Below, piece by piece: positions 59,101 through 64,000 of a stretch of DNA of 64,000 bases. Each line of letters opens with the position of its first letter. Position 1 is the first letter of the stretch. The stretch covers positions 9,114,001 to 9,178,000 of the forward strand of contig CM068749.1 in NCBI GenBank assembly GCA_035084275.1. Reading direction: 5' to 3'. Source of the DNA: Hydrolagus colliei. Taxonomy: Eukaryota. The notes under the pieces are model-generated. The model did no database searches, was not told the DNA's origin, and was given only the letters and a program-made list of their open reading frames with translations. The position numbers and the translations under genes are program-made.

Positions 59101-62100
59101 TTAACATTCAACAATCCGACTTTAAGTCAAAATATAAATTATTTTCATCGCTGAAATCAAGATCACAGAATATAGGGTTATATTTCCGTGGTTCTAAGCC
59201 CCAATAGCTTTCAAACTCAAAAATTCTCTTAGCTAGCTATTCTCTTATCCAAGTTTCCTCCCAATCAGCATTTTCCTCTGTTCGTCTATCTGCCAACTAA
59301 ATATTTCCAGCCCCCTGAAGCTCAGATTAAACTCATTATCACAGTTTATCAAAGCACAAGTTTTATCTCAGCACTTACCTGTGTGTAGAAGCCACTAGCT
59401 GCCTCCAAGAAGAGTGAAAGGTTGGCCTGTATCTCGCTACGATTTGGATTGGCTCGATTCTTGGCTTGACCCTGTAGTGTAGTAATTTGATTTTTGAAGG
59501 CATGATTCCAGCTGTATATCAGGAAATTAGAAGAGATTAATTCATGGTACAACACCACATCAAGAGAACTATACGCAAACAATATTAAAAGCAAGTTTTG
59601 TTTAAAAAAATTTAAAACACTAAAACAAAGTCTTAAAATTTTTTCTTTTTTCAGGAGCTAAATACTGAACTGGTAATAAAGGAGGATCCATGAATGAAGT
59701 AATTCCCTTCATTACATTACTCATTCTTTCCTTTAATTTACCTTAGTCCCTTAATTTGTTTATAACCTTTCGGACATAAGATGTTTATGAAAAAAAATGA
59801 ATAATTTGGCCCTTGATTTAATTACAATAATTTTATTGCTCCATTTCTCTTTTCTTAGCTGATTAAGTCAGATTTATGGGTTTGGACAGCTGGAGTGGGT
59901 GATAGATAAAAACCGACACGGAAAGAACTGTATAGAAGGAGTAAAGATAAGGAAATAAGCAACATTTCTACAACATAACTCAGTTTCAATTTACCAGATT
60001 TTGGACATTCTGCAATGTTCTATTCTTAGAAGTCTTCAAAGTCAGAAGACTAACCCTGGTTAACAGAGCCCACGTTTGATAGATCTCTAGAGTCAAGGAT
60101 GAAACTTTTTGGGGCTTCTATAATTTAGATGTACTAGAAATCAACATATGGATATGTCGGCAATGAAATATTATCCCCAACGAAACCATTTTTACATTCC
60201 TAATGCTAAGGTGCAAAAACGAAGACATCTATTTTCACCTGAAACTTATTAGATACTTACAGGTCTTGCTCCACCTTCTTATCCAGTGCATACTCCAAGT
60301 CTGTGACCAACATTTTCTGGTAAAGGTCCTGCAGAGCTTGTCTGGATGTCCAGACCTCAGCTGTACCCAGCTTTGAATCTGCTCAGGCAAAAGAGTTTGG
60401 AAAAGAACATGTATAAAAACAGTGCAAATATTAATAGCAAAATCGGAAAGATCCCAGCTGATAACCTAGAAAAATGGAATACTGGTACTCTTCTCTATTC
60501 GCCGTCGCAGTATACATTATTTTGATTATATGTTGTTAGTGAATTAATATATAGTTAGAAAAAGCAATTCGAAAATTGGATTAATTGAAGGGATATTAGC
60601 TGATTACATTTTATATTAGTTGTTTAGTAAATATATAAATAAGGTAATAAATACAATTGAGAACACTTACTGAGGAGATGGCTGATGTGGTCAGTGAGCG
60701 GGATGGGGTACGCATTTACTCATTCATAAATGTACAACTTTAGAAAAAAGTGTACAACGGCACAAACACATACCAGCGATCAGCTGTTTGGGACCGCGGC
60801 GTGAGGGAGACCCCTCTGGGGATCCATACAAGAGGTAGGTAATGCCGCCCGTTCATCTGAATGACTCCGCCCCCTCGCACTCACCATATAAACCATCTCG
60901 AGTAAGTGTTCTCTCAATTGTATTTTTTACCTTATTTATACATTTATTAAACTTTAATTTTCAAAACTATAGTGTTGTTTTTGGTCTTTATTTAATATTA
61001 GTGTGTGAAAATTTAGACCAGAAATGTACAGAAGGAACATAACCCCTATTGATAGCATTAGGGCCTATGGTAATTTAGGTTTTGCTATCCTTTGTTTCAC
61101 TTAAAATCGCACTTTACACGAACACATCCCCAACGTTAATTGAGGAGTCCCAGTATCTACTTTCAAGCATTAATTCACACACCACCACACACACTCCCAC
61201 CAACCCCCCTCACCTTACCCCACTCACACTGCTACAGAATTTCTAAACAACAAAGACACATTTGTATAATATCTTTCATGTCGGGAGATCATCCCAAGTG
61301 ATGGACACTCAGTGTTTCGGATCCAAGGGCGAGGCGGAGGGATTGCGGGATGGAGTTCCAGAGGTTGGGGGCACAGGAGCTGAAGGCTCGCCCACCAATG
61401 GATGGGTTGGGGGACATGGAGCAGGCCAGAGCCTGCTGAGCGGAGGGGGCGAGCTGGGTGGTAAGGTGATAAGATGTAGGGTGGGGCAAGATTGTGGAGG
61501 GCTACCCTGAGGAAGAAGACACTACCCTCAGTGTATCCATGAATAGTGATGCTGCAAGACATTTTGATATTCATCACAATGTTGTTTCATGTTAGATCAT
61601 TTTCCAGAGGAAAGAGCCTATGAGGTAACTTCAGCCAGTCCAAGCTGCTCCAATCAAAACCATGTTTACCTTCAAAGCTAGATCCTACAGCTTTTGATGA
61701 TGGTATAATATTTGTATTGTGGATCATGACCTGGGGAATCTATCCCCTAACCAACTGCTCAACTCTGGTACCTCAATACATCTGCCTGAATTCAGGGTCA
61801 CACGTCTCAGTTACTCATCACTATGTAGTTAGAGTAGTTATTACAGTAAAAACCCGTTTATCTGGCACCCCTGGGACCTGGCGAATCCTGGTTAAAGCAC
61901 CTGCCGGATATTCGGCCGAAAATGCAAAAAAAACAGTATCGATTTTTTTCAATGCATTTTTCCGGATAAATTCCAGTTAATTGAATGCAGACTTTTTTTT
62001 TGCGATGCGGTTACATGAAAGTTACGGTTGATCGAGTGCCGGATAAATGGGCTTTTACTGTATAAGGCCCCATTCAAATCAGATGCCCAACATATGCAAC

Positions 62101-62153
62101 TTCAGTTAAAAAAAGTCTTACCTGTCATGTCAGCCTTCAGGGCCTCTGCCTGC
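29188..62153 (-). CDS. SMG7: Nonsense-mediated mRNA decay factor SMG7; 22 exons in the window, first coding exon beyond the window end
   Basis: Exons 62153-62122, 60378-60261, 59511-59379, 59064-58893, 56973-56902, 56271-56121, 55462-55327, 54879-54717, 52280-52124, 51419-51349, 50330-50270, 48211-48092, 47615-47192, 43668-43524, 43062-42725, 40019-39645, 38268-38119, 33859-33773, 33514-33355, 32804-32631, 32336-32188 and 29301-29188 (TGA). All GT-AG and phase-consistent. Peptides [81 protein letters not shown] and [29 protein letters not shown] are SMG7 hallmarks. Confidence 0.97.
29683..29898 (+). mobile_element. Old CR1 LINE ORF2 3' fragment, interrupted by the L2 and resuming at about 31645-31735
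   Basis: Decayed LE.VQRR.T.M...[22 protein letters not shown] motif. After the L2, GTGGTAGAAGCAGAAACA (VVEAET) continues the CR1 3' end. Confidence 0.7.
29899..31644 (-). mobile_element. 5'-truncated, young L2-clade non-LTR retrotransposon with an uninterrupted RT reading frame (29940-31571)
   Basis: 543-aa ORF with [72 protein letters not shown] and LHWLP. It has a 3' stem-loop region and (TTG)n tail, no endonuclease domain or ORF1, and many CpGs retained. Confidence 0.95.
40788..41461. mobile_element. Tc1/mariner-superfamily (Tigger/pogo-like) MITE
   Basis: TA|CAGGTATTCCTCCCCAATCGCG ... CATGGTTGGGGCGGGGTACCTG|TA: imperfect TIRs, TA TSD and internal direct duplications. Confidence 0.8.
41526..42242. 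mobile_element. Second Tc1/mariner-superfamily MITE carrying a purine-rich minisatellite (about 41600-41980)
   Basis: TA|CCGTATATCTCCCCGT ... ACGCGGAGATATAAGG|TA TIRs, with TATAGGGCGCAC/GTGCGCCTTATA subterminal motifs. Confidence 0.8.
44454..45139. mobile_element. hAT-superfamily non-autonomous element with internal G-rich minisatellite (about 44690-45040)
   Basis: TIRs TAGGGTCCG...CGGACCCTA, perfect 8-bp TSD ATTTCAAG (44446-44453 and 45140-45147), and many subterminal CGATAT/ATATCG motifs. Confidence 0.92.
49478..49586 (+). mobile_element. CR1 reverse-transcriptase fragment
   Basis: Encodes [27 protein letters not shown]. Confidence 0.75.
49587..49690 (-). mobile_element. Penelope-like element terminal fragment containing a hammerhead-like motif
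   Basis: GCTGGGAAACTCAGCAGGTCAGGCAGCATC...AACGTTTCAGGTCTACAACCCTTCGTCAG; the minus strand reads CTGACGA..GAAAC. The family assignment is from resemblance only. Confidence 0.55.
55032..55175. repeat. Long inverted repeat (69-bp arms, 6-nt loop) made from a CR1 remnant
   Basis: 55032-55100 matches the reverse complement of 55107-55175 with 4 mismatches. Confidence 0.93.
60622..60952. repeat. Spaced inverted repeat (~60-bp arms, ~210-bp spacer)
   Basis: GTTTAGTAAATATATAAATAAGGTAATAAATACAATTGAGAACACTTACTGAGGAGATGG (60622-60681) versus CCATCTCGAGTAAGTGTTCTCTCAATTGTATTTTTTACCTTATTTATACATTTATTAAAC (60893-60952). Confidence 0.85.
61844..62060. mobile_element. Tigger/pogo-like MITE
   Basis: TA|CAGTAAAAACCCGTTTATCTGGCAC ... 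GTGCCGGATAAATGGGCTTTTACTG|TA: ~25-bp TIRs and TA TSD. Confidence 0.88.
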
Positions 62154-62541
62154 CTAGAAAAGGGGGGGGAAGAAGAAAAATGTTAAAATAAAAATAATCA
62201 GTTCTTTCTTATTGACAATCTTAGGCTGGTTATATATGCATTAACTACATTTTTTTCTGGTAATGTTTTATACTTTGAGAGATTAGAACAATCCCATCTA
62301 CTCTCTTACTACAGGGTATTTCAAATGGAAGGTACATAGGTCCATGCATATACATAATAGACAGAATTACTATATTTGATACAAATAACATTTGTATAAT
62401 GCTGTTCACGTCAGGAGGACGTCCTAAAGTGCAAGGATACCAATACTAAATACCAATTAATAGGCATCAATAATAATAATAATAATAATCCTTGCATTTG
62501 ATACAGCACTTTTCACGTCTTCTGATGTGAAACCACTAGAT

Positions 62542-62832
62542 CAGTGGTTCTCATCCTTTTTCAGTAATGTAGCCCTTGTTAATTTTCAGCATCATCATGT
62601 ATCCTCACCCAACCACATACACACAATACCCCCCGCCACCCCCATTCCATTTGCATTTTATGACCAATACTGTATAACAAAATAACTAGCACATAGAAAC
62701 AAGGGGAACAACAATTAAATATAAATTTGGAAGGCTATAAAACGCTAAAATAAATCAATGTACTGTCACCTGTACTCCTGGAAGTAATTTTGTACACCCT
62801 GGGGTACATGTACCCCTGGTTGAGAATCTCTG
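62542..62832. mobile_element. hAT-Charlie-like MITE inserted in a SINE
   Basis: CAGTGGTTCTCA ... TGAGAATCTCTG termini. The flanks CACTAGAT and TTCTAGAC share the CTAGA core typical of Charlie target sites. Confidence 0.75.
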
Positions 62833-64000
62833 TTCTAGACGTCTCAAAGCGCTTCACAGATATACTGTAAAGTGACTGTACATTTGTGGGCAAAATGTGG
62901 CAGCCAATTGAGCACAGCAGTGTCAATGATGAATAGCTTAAATGTTTTGAAGTTGAGAAATAATTTGAAAGTTTGCACCGAAGACAAATTGAGGTTGAAC
63001 TCAATAATAAGGTCTCCTGTGTAAACACCATCAAAAAAGCACTGTACATTTAGCAGGCTGATAAAACTCACCATCAGGAACTTTGGATTTTATACTGAAT
63101 AAAACAACAATAAAATTACATTTGTATAGTGCCTTTCATATCGGGAAGACGCCCCACGGCGCTGGGCAGTCAAGTGTTTCAGACCTGAGCCGGGATCGGG
63201 GAGGGGATTTGGGGAGATCAGTGAGACCGTTGAAGAGGCGGGTCTTGAAGGAAGCTAGGGAGGGGCGAGACGGAAGGACTGTGGGAGGGAATATAACATT
63301 TCAGATCTAAATAAAATCCCTAGTAAACTTAATTCCTACCAATGAGGCGGGTGTTTGCAACTTCACCGTCAGCCTGTTGATGGAGATACACTGTTGCTGT
63401 TGGAATCATGCACATTTATACACAGACAAGCTGCAATTCTTCCCTGTTTCAACTGATCTCAAACACATTTAATATTTTAACTGCAGAGAAAATGCGGACC
63501 AATTAATAATACCCAAAGCACACATTATGGTAACTAAATAACCTAGTGCCATCTTATTTTATACATCTACTGAAGCCAGTACAGTACATAATTACATCCT
63601 TGCCTGGAGGGACCATACAAAAATATTGTATAAACCCTCATTCCCCAAAAGAAGAAACCTGTTTGTACAGATTATGCTAGAATTTAAGCCTCTACTAAGT
63701 AGTCCAGGAACAGTGAAACCTGGCTGCAGTGAATTGTGGCAATGTACCAGTGTATCCTTATTTGACTTTCACTTGATGAAATAAATGTTTTGGCTGTATT
63801 TACTAGGAATGGAATACCATAATGAATCCAATTTTTGCAAGGATATACATTCTGCCAATCACTGAGTATATGAAGAATGAAAAATTATATCGTGAGCAGT
63901 CTAAACAGAAGAAAATACAAGTTATTAAAAATTTGAATCATTTTTGAAAGAAAAACAACACTATTGGATAAACATTCTTTAACTGTGTGGCTCTAGATAC

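Overview
Vertebrate genomic DNA with spliced genes, not prokaryotic. The repeat content (DeuSINE-type and tRNA-headed L2-tailed SINEs, CR1/L2 LINEs, a Penelope-type fragment) suggests a cartilaginous fish; this is inference. Four protein-coding genes can be rebuilt exon by exon with consistent splice phases: the 3' part of ARPC5 (+, 190-1842), an intact 302-aa NmrA/NMRAL1-like atypical SDR gene (-, 7749-11394), NCF2/p67phox (+, 13365-25685, 15 coding exons, about 497 aa) and SMG7 (-, 29188-62153, 22 exons, first coding exon outside the window). ARPC5-NCF2-SMG7 is the known mammalian 1q25 gene order. The unexpected element is the NmrA-like gene lying head-to-head with the NADPH-oxidase activator NCF2, with an altered dinucleotide-binding motif. 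Other signals are a probable U12 (AT-AC) acceptor in ARPC5, a 69-bp fold-back hairpin, a minimal hammerhead-like motif and a candidate poison exon in SMG7 introns, nested MITE/SINE/LINE insertions with clear TIRs and TSDs, and a recurrent ~65-nt LINE-tail mini-insertion. No CRISPR array, rRNA or functional tRNA was seen. Human comparisons are from memory and need checking by alignment.
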